Notes under the pieces: generated by a model
Seen by the model: only the letters and a program-made list of their open reading frames with translations
Databases searched by the model: none
Told to the model about the DNA's origin: nothing
In this document: positions 1 through 11,846 of the stretch, in pieces
Layout: each line of letters opens with the position of its first letter
How positions within the stretch are numbered: position 1 is the first letter of the stretch
NCBI RefSeq assembly: GCF_006345805.1
Contig: NC_043001.1
Location: 85,498,001-85,562,000, forward strand
Length of the DNA: 64,000 nucleotides
Direction: 5' to 3'
DNA from: Octopus sinensis
Lineage: Eukaryota
Program-made: the position numbers and the translations under genes

Positions 1-215
1 ACGCTTGTCATATACGGCGTCGCGCCAATTCAACTTGAGAATCATTATGTTAATTGTAAGCATATACGTGGAATATTCAGTCTTATGTGTTATTTCAGGA
101 GCCGGTCTCTCAGTTCTAGATGTTTGTGGAGCATAATTAATCTCCCTTTCTCTATTTCGTTCTCTACTTAACTCTTCATCTCTTCATATATATTCGTCTC
201 ATATATATATTTTAA

Positions 216-446
216 GGCGGCGAGCTGGCAGAAACGTTAGCACACCGGGCGAAATGCTTAGCGGTATTGCGTCTGTCGTTGCGTTCTGAGTTCAAATTCC
301 GCCGAGGTCGACTTTGCCTTTCATCCTTTCGGGGTCGATAAATTAAGTACCAGTTACGCACTGGGGTCGATGTAATCGACTTAATCCGTTTCTCTGTCCT
401 TGTTTGTCCCCTCTATGTTTAGTCCCTTGTGGGTAATAAAGAAACA
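216..446 (+). mobile_element. tRNA-derived SINE family 1 (tail type a, ends taataaagaaac), full length, with a 17-bp target-site duplication
   Basis: A-box-like tggcagaaacgtt and B-box gagttcaaattcc; central block gcctttcatcctttcggggtcgataaattaagtacc. Direct repeat catatatattcgtctca at 185-201 and 447-463. Confidence 0.85.
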
Positions 447-1255
447 CATATATATTCGTCTCAACGTATATATCCTTTATATTTCCCTTTTACTTAATTT
501 ATCTAACCAATCTAGAAAATCCCATCTCTACAAAATTGTCTCGGACAGTATCCAAGCATTGCGGACTTGTGGTGTTATGTCAATTTGTTGTGCTCATATG
601 TGGGACAAATCCAGCTATCGGCCGATACCATCATAGGAGCCACCTTCATCATCTTCCTTAACAAGGCGGAGCAGGAAATGCACTTTCTTAGAGTCAAAGA
701 GGTTCATAGAATAGAGGGCAGACGCTTTCCAAACGCCTTTATTATTCTAATTCCTCTTGGAAAAGGAACTGAGGAATAGTAAGAAAGAGCTCAATTATAG
801 GAAGGTTGTCAAAAGATGAGAGTCCGTGGCAAAACTGGTCAGGACGAATATACTTTTAGCTAAAACAAGAGTCTGTATCCGTTTTGGTACGGATGATCCT
901 GAATCAGTGGAGCTCCTTGATTTGTAGTAATTGAAGGCTTTTCTGGGTCTGGAGGACTGCATCAGTCATATATTTACATTTTTGTACATTGTATAATTTT
1001 ATCCCATTTATCCCCATGAATTTCATTCCTTTTTTTTTGTGTGTAGATTCTAAAGTGACACTATAATCTGCTTTCCATTAGATGTTCTTGCAGCAGATAA
1101 CAGAAATCATTATCATCATTATGATCATGATCGTTGTTATCGTCGTCGTCGTCGTAGTCGTCGCCATCGTGGTCGCCAATATCGTTGCCAGCGTCGTCGT
1201 GATATTCCTTATCACCATCACGACAGCGTGATGATAATCATCATTACCATCTTCA

Positions 1256-1302
1256 CCATTCTTCTTCTTCTTCTTCTTCTTCTTAGTATTCGTCTTCTTA
1301 TA

Positions 1303-1333
<31 letters not shown>

Positions 1334-1413
1334 TTCTTCTTCTTCTTCTTCTTCTCCTTCCTCTTCTTCTATAATTATTATTATAAGTAGTTGTAGTAGT
1401 AGTAGTAGTAGTT

Positions 1414-1452
<39 letters not shown>
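1256..1452. repeat. Compound (TTC)n/(TAG)n microsatellite
   Basis: Directly visible. Confidence 0.95.
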
Positions 1453-1499
1453 TCGCTAATTTTAAACCCTATGACTTCATAAGTTGCAATTGATCCTTT

Positions 1500-1745
1500 A
1501 AGCTGTTGATGAGTGTCTCAAAACGTTTCGTATTCCCGTATGTAATCCCTCACTTATGCACATTATCAGTGCTTATGCACGTTCTTTATCAGCATCTGAA
1601 CACGAATATCACATTTTCTACTCGATATTGAAAATAATTATCAGTAAAATTCCATATTGATCGGCGATCTTAATGCTAGAATAGGTAACAAACACCCAGT
1701 GTGGTCAAATGTTATAGGAAAATATGGAACAGGTAGGATAAAAGT
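1500..1745 (+). mobile_element. RTE-type LINE apurinic endonuclease fragment
   Basis: Frameshifted translation HIISAYARS...FYSILK...IP / IGDLNARIG...WSNVIGKYGTG matches the AYAP, GDFNARVG and VIGxHG motifs of RTE endonucleases. Confidence 0.6.
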
Positions 1746-1749
1746 GATT

Positions 1750-3130
1750 TCCAAAATCTTTTGTCTTTTTGTCAGTAATGTTTATAACAATTACAAACCC
1801 ATTAGGCAGATAAATAATCAACTACAAGCATGTTGGTAACTGCTTGAGTATGTCATAACTAAACAGAATGGTTGCAGTGATGTGAGATTAACCAGGCTTC
1901 ACAAAGCTCTGAAGTGTTACTGAGATCACAGAATGGTTCATAATTAGTTATTTCTTGGTCTCATTATTTTTAGGGAGTAGGTAAGTAATACCTCCTACTA
2001 ACTAATTTTGTGGCATCTCATAATTTCATTGAATAACTGTGCGCACGGGAGCAAGGTGAGTTAGGAATTTGGTACCCAATCATTACCAATGAATTTCCAT
2101 TCGTGAGTGTCATCCTTCGGTCTGCAATTGTGATGTCTTCCTATGCTCGTTCGAGATGTTTTCAACTTCTTCCATGGCAGTGGGGTCTTCAACCGTTGTT
2201 TCCTAATTCCCTTTTTCTCTCTAGAGTGTTTTCCCTTTGGATGTGAACAGCTTATTTTGCTTGTTAAATTTGTTTCTCCGCATGTCTTTGTATTCTTTGA
2301 GCTTTTGCCAGAACATATTTCTGCAATGTTCTTTTACTAAAAGCAGTTCTTCTCTTGGTGAGAATTTATGTTTTCTCTTCATCTTTCTTCCTTCTCTGTT
2401 GTTTTTTTTTTACATCGTCTCCACAGGTTAGTTCATTCAATAGCTTCCCCTTTAAATATTTCAATATCTTTTTCTCACTTTTACTTTTCCAGTTTGGAAT
2501 TCTTCTCAGGTTTGTATTTCTCTGTGTTTCTAGAGGCATCTAACTGCTTTCAATTGTCTTAGCAGTTGCGTATATAATTTCATTTAATTCAGTGAGATCT
2601 GGTTTTAGTTCATGTATAATTTCCTTTGTTACATAGTTTCCGATTTTAATTTGTTTTCTATTTTGGATTATAATTGAGACCTTATAAAGTGGTTCTCTAT
2701 CATGCATATTGGCGTATCTTACAATTTCAGACTTATTCAGGATTTTCTGCTTCAGCTCTATGATAGACACTCTATGTTCTTGAGTAAATGTGTAGTCTTC
2801 AAATTTTGTTTCTTTACCACTTTCCTGTAATCTTTATCAGATTCATTACTATTTATTTCTCCAGACGTTTGAGTGTTTTGGTCAGGTGGCGAATGGCAGA
2901 TGGAGAGTTGCTCTTTTCGTCTGGTTCTTCATTTCTTTGTTTTACATTAAAGTCATTTAATGCGTGCTTGATCGTGGTTATTTCACTATCTGTGAGTCTT
3001 TTATTTCTGAAGATGCCCCGCCACTAACATTTGCTAACTTGTTTTCGTCCAAATATAGTCTGCTCTCATATCGTGTTCATATGTCATAAGAGTGGGCGGT
3101 GTGTTTCTCTTCAGATGGCTTGCCTAATGC
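1750..3130 (-). mobile_element. Degenerate R4/Dong-like RLE non-LTR retrotransposon (second subfamily), N-terminal region to start of RT
   Basis: ORF 2540..2770 (..LNEIIYATAKTI). Further downstream the minus strand gives WLVGGITYLLPK..NY.P-like RT domain 0/1 peptides with stops and frameshifts. Confidence 0.55.
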
Positions 3131-4321
3131 ACAGTGATAGGCGTATATAACATCTGTATACTCTTCTCGAGTTCATTTGATCCTATTACACTTTTCTTTC
3201 TTTGGTGGACTTGGAGTGCTCGATTTGGGGCAGTTCCCGTTCAAGTGACCATCCAAGTTGGTATTCAGAGGAGAGTGTGTACCAGTGGTTGTCTTTTTTA
3301 CTCCAGACTGGCTTCCCCCCCCCCCCGGGCCGCGTGCTTCCAGATTAACCATAGGACAGGCGATCTGGTGTACTGTAGTAGTTTACTCTTTTATTTCGTT
3401 AGACATATTTGTGCAACAATAAAATTATTAGTATTAAGCCCTGTATTGTGGAAGACGTTGAGACAGTTCTTGTCTCTGCCACTATTCTCGACTCCACCAT
3501 TAACACCGTTACAGTTACTTGAATCTTGCTATTACAGCATTGCTCATCGTTAGTTACCAACAAGAGCGTCTTGATCTGTATTGGTGTGGCTAACCTTTGT
3601 GGCAATGGTGACAGTATAACCAATATTTATTTAAATCTGCCATCTTTGCGCCTACTACTATGTGGTATTATTGAATGTTGTTTAGCTTCGACTTTTGTCT
3701 TGTACATGAAATAACCATAAATGTGTGACGTTTCAAGAGAATAGCAGGAGGAAGAGAAGTAGCTTGGTGAAAAGATCAAATTCCACAAGTCTGTAAATAA
3801 GTTCGGCAGATGGTGGGAAGGGAATCAACATTGGATCTTCGCATTCCTCTGCGATCAGAAGACAAGAAGAAGCCTCCCACTCTTGGGGTCAGCAGAGGTC
3901 AAGTGTGTTTACTATTACAAGCGATGAATGAGCGCGCTGAACTTGACCTTGGAAAGAACCAATTCGCTCGCCTTGTTGTGTTTTTAATTACTGATAGCAA
4001 TATAATTATATATATACAGATGTTTACATCGTTGAATTTTTGAATTTCTGATTTTATAAAAAAAATTGTACTTTCCTCTTCTTTTTATAAGTTTTGCTGT
4101 GGTTTACACTTTTCGTATTGTGCAGTTTCTATATATTGGCAGGTGCTTATCTTCTTAATTTTCGCATTGCATCCAATTGTGTTGGAATAAATACATGTTT
4201 GAGTAGTGAGGGAGAAAAGAAGGTAAAATTCTCAAAGAAAATTATAGATATTAAAGGTTTTAAATTTTCTAAATGTAGGCTCAACCAAAGAAAACTGCAG
4301 TATTTTTGCAATAAAAAGTAA

Positions 4322-4990
4322 TAAGCGCCGAATGTGTGGACAAAATGGTGAAATCGTATGGCATATTACCAGCCAATGTACGCCACTAGCCCAGAAAGAA
4401 TATAAGAGACGTCATGACAATATACTAAGGATTGTTCATAGGATACTTTGCAACACGTATGGACTTGGCAGAGGAGAAAAATGTGGTACGAACATAACCC
4501 CAAAGCATCATCGAAAGTGATAATGCAAAGATACTATTCGACTTTATGATTCGGTGCGACCATGAGATAGAGAATAGAAAACCAGTCATAGTGTGAATAG
4601 AGAAAAAAGCAAACGATTCTGGATCATAGATATAGCATGCCCAGCTAAAAACATGGTATGTGATAAGGAAGAAAGAAAAGTCGATAGATATGACAGTTTA
4701 TCTTGGGAGGTTAAGCAGTTGTGGTTGCTGAAAAAGGTGTTAGTAGTACCAATAATTGTCGGAGCCCTAGGAACATGGAGTAAAGATTTTGAGAAGTATA
4801 TGGAAGAAATAGGAGCTGCAGTAATGGTGGAGCACTTGCAGAAAACTGCACTGTTTGGAACTGCTCGAGTACCCCGGATGGTACTCGAAAAATAAGGGGT
4901 GCTACCTTAGTTCACTGGTAGTGAACAGCTGACACAGTAGTAGAACTCCAGCGTTAGAAGCTGTACAAAAACAATGAAATGATAATAATA
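4322..4990 (+). mobile_element. R4/Dong-like RLE retrotransposon copy A, 5'-truncated (CCHC knuckle, restriction-like endonuclease, 3'UTR)
   Basis: CGQNGEIVWHITSQC (CxxC..H...C), RHD motif, IIDIACP..KVDRY..L..E..VVPIIVGALG (PD..D/K endonuclease); stop at 4895; ends ..aatgaaatgataataat. Confidence 0.85.
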
Positions 4991-7690
4991 GGATTTTGAG
5001 ATTGGTACTTGGATGTTGAATATATTTGCGTAATACTGGTAATTGGGCAACCTGATAATCGCTTCCTCATATGAGTGACAATGAAAAATAATATTGTGAA
5101 TAACGGTGGTAATGGAACTGAAGCACTTAATGGTGACAGTGTTGCACCCGGCAGGCTCAGAGATACTGGTGCAGCTCCAGCTTGTCGTTATCTAGCAATG
5201 TAACAGCACACACCTCGTAGAAGGAATAAGCAAGTCAATGCTTTTGTCATGGAGTGTTACTACATGAGCAAACCTGTAGACGAAAACAGTGCGCATATTT
5301 GGGGATACCGACAACGTATTTGTCAATGGAAAGAAAGAAGATTATATCAATTCTCGGAACAGAGATTATGTGATCAAACTAGAGCAATAAAAAAATCGTT
5401 AGTTCACAGAAGTAAAGCTCGAAGCTAGCAAAAGATGAGTAATGAAAAACGGCAGCAGAGGAAACGATGAAAATACAGTTCCTATTGATAAAAGTAATCT
5501 CATAGCAGAAAACAAAGATGAGATCTCTAATAAACCACAGGAAACGAACAGTGATAGCTTCCTCGATGAGAGACAGAAAGATGGTTTGGTAGAAGACGAT
5601 AAAACTAATAGTAACATGACAGATGAAAAAAAGGCAAGGCTACAAGAAAACGATGGTGAAATTATTTGCAACCTTAAAAAGGTTGATCGGTGGAGATTGA
5701 ATCAAGAAACGGAAAATGTGAATGAAGCTCCGAAATACATCAGAACAAAAACCACATCACAAAAACAAATAATTTGATCAAGGCTGCAAGTATTGTTGCA
5801 GAAAATGTAGGTGTTGCTGTCAAGAAAACGAAATATAATGGGAGTGACAAAATAAAAGATCCATGGTGGAAAAGAAAAATACAGGGTTGGGGTAGATATG
5901 ATCTTGAAGGATATTTCTGTTTTCGATTGAAAAGAAAAGGGAGAGCATAAATGCGAACAAAAATACAGGGCACTGAACAGAAAGTATGATATTGAAAAAA
6001 TGGCCTGAAAGTGGTAATGGAGGAACTGAAACAGCACCTCGGTGCAAAGAAAGCAAAGATGGTAATATACAACCAAAGAATGAAGGGATACCAGCAGAAT
6101 AGGTTATTCAGAGTAGATCAGAAGAGATTCTACAAAGAAATAAATGGAGAGTATACAGATGAAAAGTTGATTCCAGAAACCATTGAAAGTTAAAGGTTTT
6201 GGAGTGACAAGGTGCACAAGAAGGATACTAAATGGTTGCAAGAACTGAAACAAACAGTAGTCTGTCCAAAGCAGGCAGAACTAGTCATTTCAGTTAGGGA
6301 AGTGAAGGAAATCAGCAAAGAAATGAGCAACTGGAAAGCCCCGGGACCAGATGGGGCTTCAAGGCTACTGTATCAAAAGATTTGGTGAATTCACGAAAAG
6401 CTGCGCAACTCAACACCTTGTTAAATGCCGACTAATTATCACGAGAGTGGTCGATGATTGGTAGGACAGTGCTGTGCTTCGAAAACATCGAAAAAGGCAA
6501 TACGGTAGAAAATTACAGGCCGATATCCTTCTTGCCGCTTATTTATGTGGAAATTATTTACTGGAATAGCCGAAGAGTCAATTCCCTGCCACATGAGCAG
6601 AAGGGTTGCAAGCGTAAGTGCAGAGGTACCAAGGATCAACTCCTGGTAGACAAAACTGTATTTAGAGACTGCAAGAGGAGGGAAACTAACTTAGCCATGT
6701 CATTGGTCGATTATCGTAAAACATATATGATCCTACATTCGTGGATTATGGAGTGTATGAACCTATTTCGTGTTGTATCGAATGTTGAACGATTGCTTGG
6801 AAAAAGTATGGCAAAGTGGAGGGAGGTACTGACTGCACATGGAAGAAGGATGGGTACAATAGAAATCAGGAGAAGCATCATTCGAGGGGACTAATCTTTG
6901 TACTGTGGATGATATACCTCTGATACTGATTCTGAGGAAAGCAGTGGCTGGCTATGTATTCAAGAGCCGCCAACAAAACGTCAACCACTTCTTATTTACG
7001 GTAAAGATGATTCCGAAGTTAGTTCTCTCGTTGATACGCTGTGTATTTTCCATGCTAATATCAGAATGGAGTTCAAATTGAAAAAGTGTGAGGTGTTAGT
7101 CTTGAAGAGAGGCAAAATCAAATGTAGGGATGGTCTAGCGATACCGTCGGAGGAGGTTACGAAGCAAAGAGAAGAGACTGGCTATAAGTAGTTGGGAATA
7201 TTAGAAATGCATAAACCGATGGAGAACGAAATCACAGAAATATTTAAGATGGAATACTTGCGCAGAATGAGACTGATCCTTAAGTCGCAATTAAACCGAC
7301 GGAATAAGATTGAAGCTATCAACAGCTAGGCGGTTTCACTACTTAGATACGGAGCAGGGGTAATCACATAGACAGTAGACGAATTAAACTACTTAGACTG
7401 AAAGACAAGGAAGTTGCTGATTAGATATAGGATACTCCATCCAAATAGTGACAGAGACAGACTGCATGCACCAAGAAAAAGAAGTGGAAGGGGGCTGATT
7501 GGATACGAATACAGCATTAGAGCAGAAGAAAAAAACATAGCATGTTATGTATAGAATGCCACAAAAGCACTATTATTGGACGTAAGAAGGTCAAACCTGT
7601 TAGGTTGAAAGATTGCAAAGATAAAGCACTGTACAAGCACTTAAGAATGAAGCAAAAATACAGAATAGACGAATTCTGAATATTTTTCGG
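4991..7690 (+). mobile_element. R4/Dong-like RLE retrotransposon copy B, 5' region through RT, 3'-truncated, heavily disrupted
   Basis: ORFs 5442..5777, 6011..6193 and 6454..6894 (ENYRPISFLP, EQKGCKRKCRGTKDQLLVDK, DYRK, IRRSIIRGD). Later GAGVI and HP..DRDRL..PRK.GGRG-like peptides. Confidence 0.8.
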
Positions 7691-7699
7691 ACTGAGTTT

Positions 7700-8120
7700 T
7701 ATCAGCCCTACCTTTATAAAATCCTTCCTATTGGCTTGTAATTGAGCGTCTAAACTTCGCACGTCGGTTTCTTGTTTTGGGTTTCTGTCCGTTTCGCTAC
7801 TTCCAGCATCCTGGGATTCTTGCATGAATTGGCCATGTCATTCGTTCTCTTTCTAGTTACTTGTTCTATTGGTCTTGCTTCTCCTGATTTCATAATGTGG
7901 TTCATTAAATTTATGGAAATTTCGAGACACCGATCATATTCTTCCTGCAGTCCATTCAACATAATTTTCCAAATCCAATATTGCACTACTTAATGGTACT
8001 GCTCTTTCCTTCCTTGGTAGTTAGTTTATGTTAGTATTACTTGTAGGTTGGTATATGTGGTGCATTGTGAGCAGCTTCATATTTCTTTAGTCTATCGTGT
8101 GTATCTCGATTTTCCTCGTT
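7700..8120 (-). mobile_element. R4/Dong-like fragment (post-RT region), opposite orientation
   Basis: Minus-strand peptide resembling RKLLTMH.IY.P....LPRKE, comparable to the KTRKLLTMH..HPK.D.DRLYLPRK segment of R4-clade elements; frameshifted. Confidence 0.45.
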
Positions 8121-8199
8121 TAAAAAAAGGAGTAACTTATCTTAATACTGTCACAGCCCATCAATTCAGTGCTTTGGCAATATCCACTCCATAATATTT

Positions 8200-8338
8200 T
8201 TTCTTCTTCTTCTTCTTCTTCTTCTTCTTCTTCTTCTTCTTCTTCTTCTTCTTCTTCTTCTTCTTCTTCTTCTTCTTCTTCTTCTTCTTCTTCTTCTTCT
8301 TCTTCTTCTTCTTCTTCTTCTTCTTCTTCTTCTTCTTC

Positions 8339-8404
<66 letters not shown>

Positions 8405-8501
8405 CATTATTATTATTAGTAGTAGTAGTATTCTCATTATTATTATTATCATTATTATCATTATTATTATTATTATTATTATTAGTAGTAGTAGTAGTAG
8501 C

Positions 8502-8535
<34 letters not shown>

Positions 8536-9210
8536 AATGGAAACTGACACGACTATTTATTACGAAACGCATAGTGCTCATGTTTTACCTACTATTATTA
8601 TTATTATTGTTGTTATCGTCGCCATCAAAATTATAATCATCATCATCATCAATTATCATCGTCATCCATCACCACCATCAATTTGACACATGTTACATGT
8701 TACGATTTCAAGCGACAATAAATTGGTAATGGGATTCTAAACATCGAACAAGGAAGAAAACACAGCAAAATTTGCTGTTAAATCGAAAAATGCGATCTAT
8801 TTAGTTATGCAACATAGCTATCGCTACAAACATCAACCTCACCGTCATCATCATCACCATCATTATCAGCAGCAGCTTCTTCGTCACTATCTTCATCAGT
8901 ATCACCACCATCATCACAGCCACAACCAGATCCACCACCGTAAACCTCATCAACACCATCACCGTGATTAACACCATCAATTTTTATGATTATTGCCGTT
9001 GATGTCACCATCAATACCCTTCTGCTCCACCATCTTCTCCTCCGCCACATTCCCCTCCTCCTCACCATTCCTCTTCTAGTTCACATTATTATTGTTGCTG
9101 TTATTATTATTATTATTATTATTATCATTATTATTATTATTATTATTATCATTATTATTATTATTATATTATTATTATTATTATTATCATTATTATTATT
9201 ATTATTATTA

Positions 9211-9244
<34 letters not shown>

Positions 9245-9273
9245 CATCATCATTATTATTATTATTATTATCA

Positions 9274-9304
<31 letters not shown>

Positions 9305-9385
9305 TATATATATTATTATTATCATTATTATTGTTGTTGGTGGTGGTGTTGTCGTTGTTATTATTATTATTGTTATTATTTTCAT
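8200..9385. repeat. Compound trinucleotide field: (TTC)n(ATT)n(TAG)n 8200-8535, (CAT/CAC) 8590-8990, (TAT)n 9100-9385
   Basis: Directly visible; source of the poly-S/E/I/L/Y ORFs. Confidence 0.95.
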
Positions 9386-10120
9386 TATTATCATCCGATA
9401 TAAAGATTAGCTAATGAATACAATAGATGATTTCTATTAAGAATGAAGAATATATTTCACATTGCATCAGTTTTTTTACATTATATTTTACATTATCTAG
9501 AATCGGTTTGCAGCACGTGTTTATTTTTCTATTTTCTTTCCACTGTGTTTTCCAAATTAAATATTGGATAACACAAGAACTATCACATATTTGTAGGAAT
9601 TGTTCATGTGCCTAGGATCTATTTTTAGCTGCCGCAGAATGTATGAAAACAGTTTGACAACTCCTATCATTAATAAACACCTGCGAATATAATGAGCGCA
9701 TAACTGAACACAAGATATATCTAAGATATTAACAGAATGGTTATAGGATTCGAAATGATAGCAATAACCTATCATTATATAGAATACTATCAAAACTGTT
9801 CTTTAAACGACGTCATGAAAGGAGTGTAAACGTGAAATTGCTATATGTTGCAGTTTACCTGAAGCATTTGCAACATGGAGTGACATACTCCCACTTCTTT
9901 TCTCAATATGTGTTAGCCATACCTTGCACACACACACACACCACACACACACACACATACACAAATATATATATGTATGTATGTATATATATATATATAT
10001 TATACATATGTATGATACATAATATATACAAATTTACATACAAGCATATAGCTATGTATGCATATAATTTATTATATATATATACATATCAAATAGAACA
10101 TTTCATTTACATATATAGCA

Positions 10121-10175
<55 letters not shown>

Positions 10176-10639
10176 TACATATATATAGAGAGAGATTCCT
10201 TGGAAGAAAGCAGCGAATGGATACGAAAACGAGGGCGTAAAAAAACGGAGAAATGGTACACAAATACAAATGGAAATAACATGACATTAACAACAGATGC
10301 TTTTCTATAAGGACGAAATAAATTAAGCTGTTGTGTGTGGACGTGAAGCCTTACGACAGGGATATAAAAGATGACAGGCACGGAAAGGAATGTAGATGTT
10401 GCACGGATGGTAGTCGAACCAAGAAAGAAAGGTCAGGCTTGGCCGAACATTGGCCACGTGGAGGGAGAGGAGAGAGGTAGAGGCAGAGGGATAGAAGAAT
10501 TAGGGAGGGACGAGAAAAAAGAAAAGACAGAGAGTGAAGTGAAAGAAGAGGGAGGGTGAGAATGCAGGGAAGTCTAGAAAATGTGAGAGAGGGGGGACGA
10601 AAGAAAGAAGACTGGAAACAACGAAGTGTGAAGGCGCTG

Positions 10640-10960
10640 ATAGAAAGAAAGGACGGTGCAAGAACAAGACACCGACGTACGTAGGGGAACGGGTAAATGA
10701 CATTAGAGGGAATTCAATGAAGAGAAAAGCTCATTGGTTCTGTACCAGCACGCCAAGCAAGAACACGGGAGCTCACTCAACAACATAGAAGTTAAAATCT
10801 TGTCAGAAAAGTTAAAATCTCCAGATAGAACAGACGCAACGCTTAGATAAATTACAGATGCTACACACATTATAGAAGATAAACCTAGCCTGAATAGGAG
10901 ACTGAAATGTAACACTAGTACACACTTCCAACACACCACAACATATGACAAAATAAGATC
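10640..10960 (+). mobile_element. Penelope-like element GIY-YIG endonuclease remnant
   Basis: CKNKTPTYVGE, then in another frame SSLVLYQHAKQEH..IEVKILSE..ATHIIEDKPSLNR. This resembles the YxGET / H...H / EAxxI..PxLN pattern of PLE endonucleases. Confidence 0.45.
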
Positions 10961-11489
10961 CCCATAAACTGATAAGAATATGAACAAAATATAATACAAT
11001 ACACAGATAAACAAATGGAATTAAATAACTACATACGTTAGCAAAACTAAATTAAATTAAATACAAAAAAGAAAGAATAGAAAAATAATAAGTAGGTATA
11101 AACACATGAACAAAATAAATAAATTAACCTAACATGTATAAACAGGGGATACAAATAATACAGTCACTCCCCGACAGACACGCACTCACTAAGCATAGAC
11201 AAGCATAGGAGGTATTCGCATGAACAATTAAAGACACATACAATGGGAATAAAAAATACAAAATGACTGATGGTTAGTAAGGAAAGACACACAACTAAGA
11301 AAGAAGATATCAAAGGACCACTGATGAGGTCACAGAAGTGTGACGAAAGAACTCTGGCCGAAATATGATTAATGTAAAAAATAAAATAAAGCTGAAGCAA
11401 ATTAACACCAAATATACAGTGTGTGTGTTTTATTGGCTATAGTGACAAAATGACCATCCCCAAATACAACAATATATATATACAACAGT

Positions 11490-11846
11490 CATATTAACAA
11501 GTTCGTCAATTGTTTGGTGACTGCCCTCCAAAATTTGTTCATGAATTTTCAGGATGCTTGCATTTGTTCAGGAGGTCGACAGTCACCCTGAACGAGGTTG
11601 CTCTTCAAACGACAAGTGAACATTCCTAAAGCGTAGAAACACTCGTAAACTAGTGTTTTGCTCGTGGCAGGAATTTCATGGATGTGCGCTGTCCTTCGTT
11701 TCAGCCATCGACTTAAATCGATGACACCGGTAGACAGCCTGATGTCCAAAAGTTGCATCAAGAGGCTTCTTTCGGCGGAAGCCTGAGCTACAACGGGTTT
11801 ATCCCACAGAGAGAGTTTCCCGTTACTTTTGGGTACCCCCACGTAT
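11490..11846 (-). mobile_element. Mariner 5' fragment with left TIR
   Basis: Starts TA|cgtgggggtacccaaaagtaacggg (mariner-like TIR). Minus translation SFEEQPRSG*LSTS..KIHEQIL..TIDELV matches the mariner DDxRSGRP HTH segment. Confidence 0.65.

Noticed and set aside
216-300. tRNA gene calls at SINE heads (also 14014, 33004, 38914, 57211)
   Set aside because: A/B boxes are present but there is no cloverleaf; each continues into SINE core and tail.
8120-9414. Long ORFs of poly-Ser/Glu/Ile/Leu/Tyr (8120..8581, 8169..8636, 8986..9414 and others)
   Set aside because: Translations of trinucleotide microsatellites; no complex sequence or splice context.
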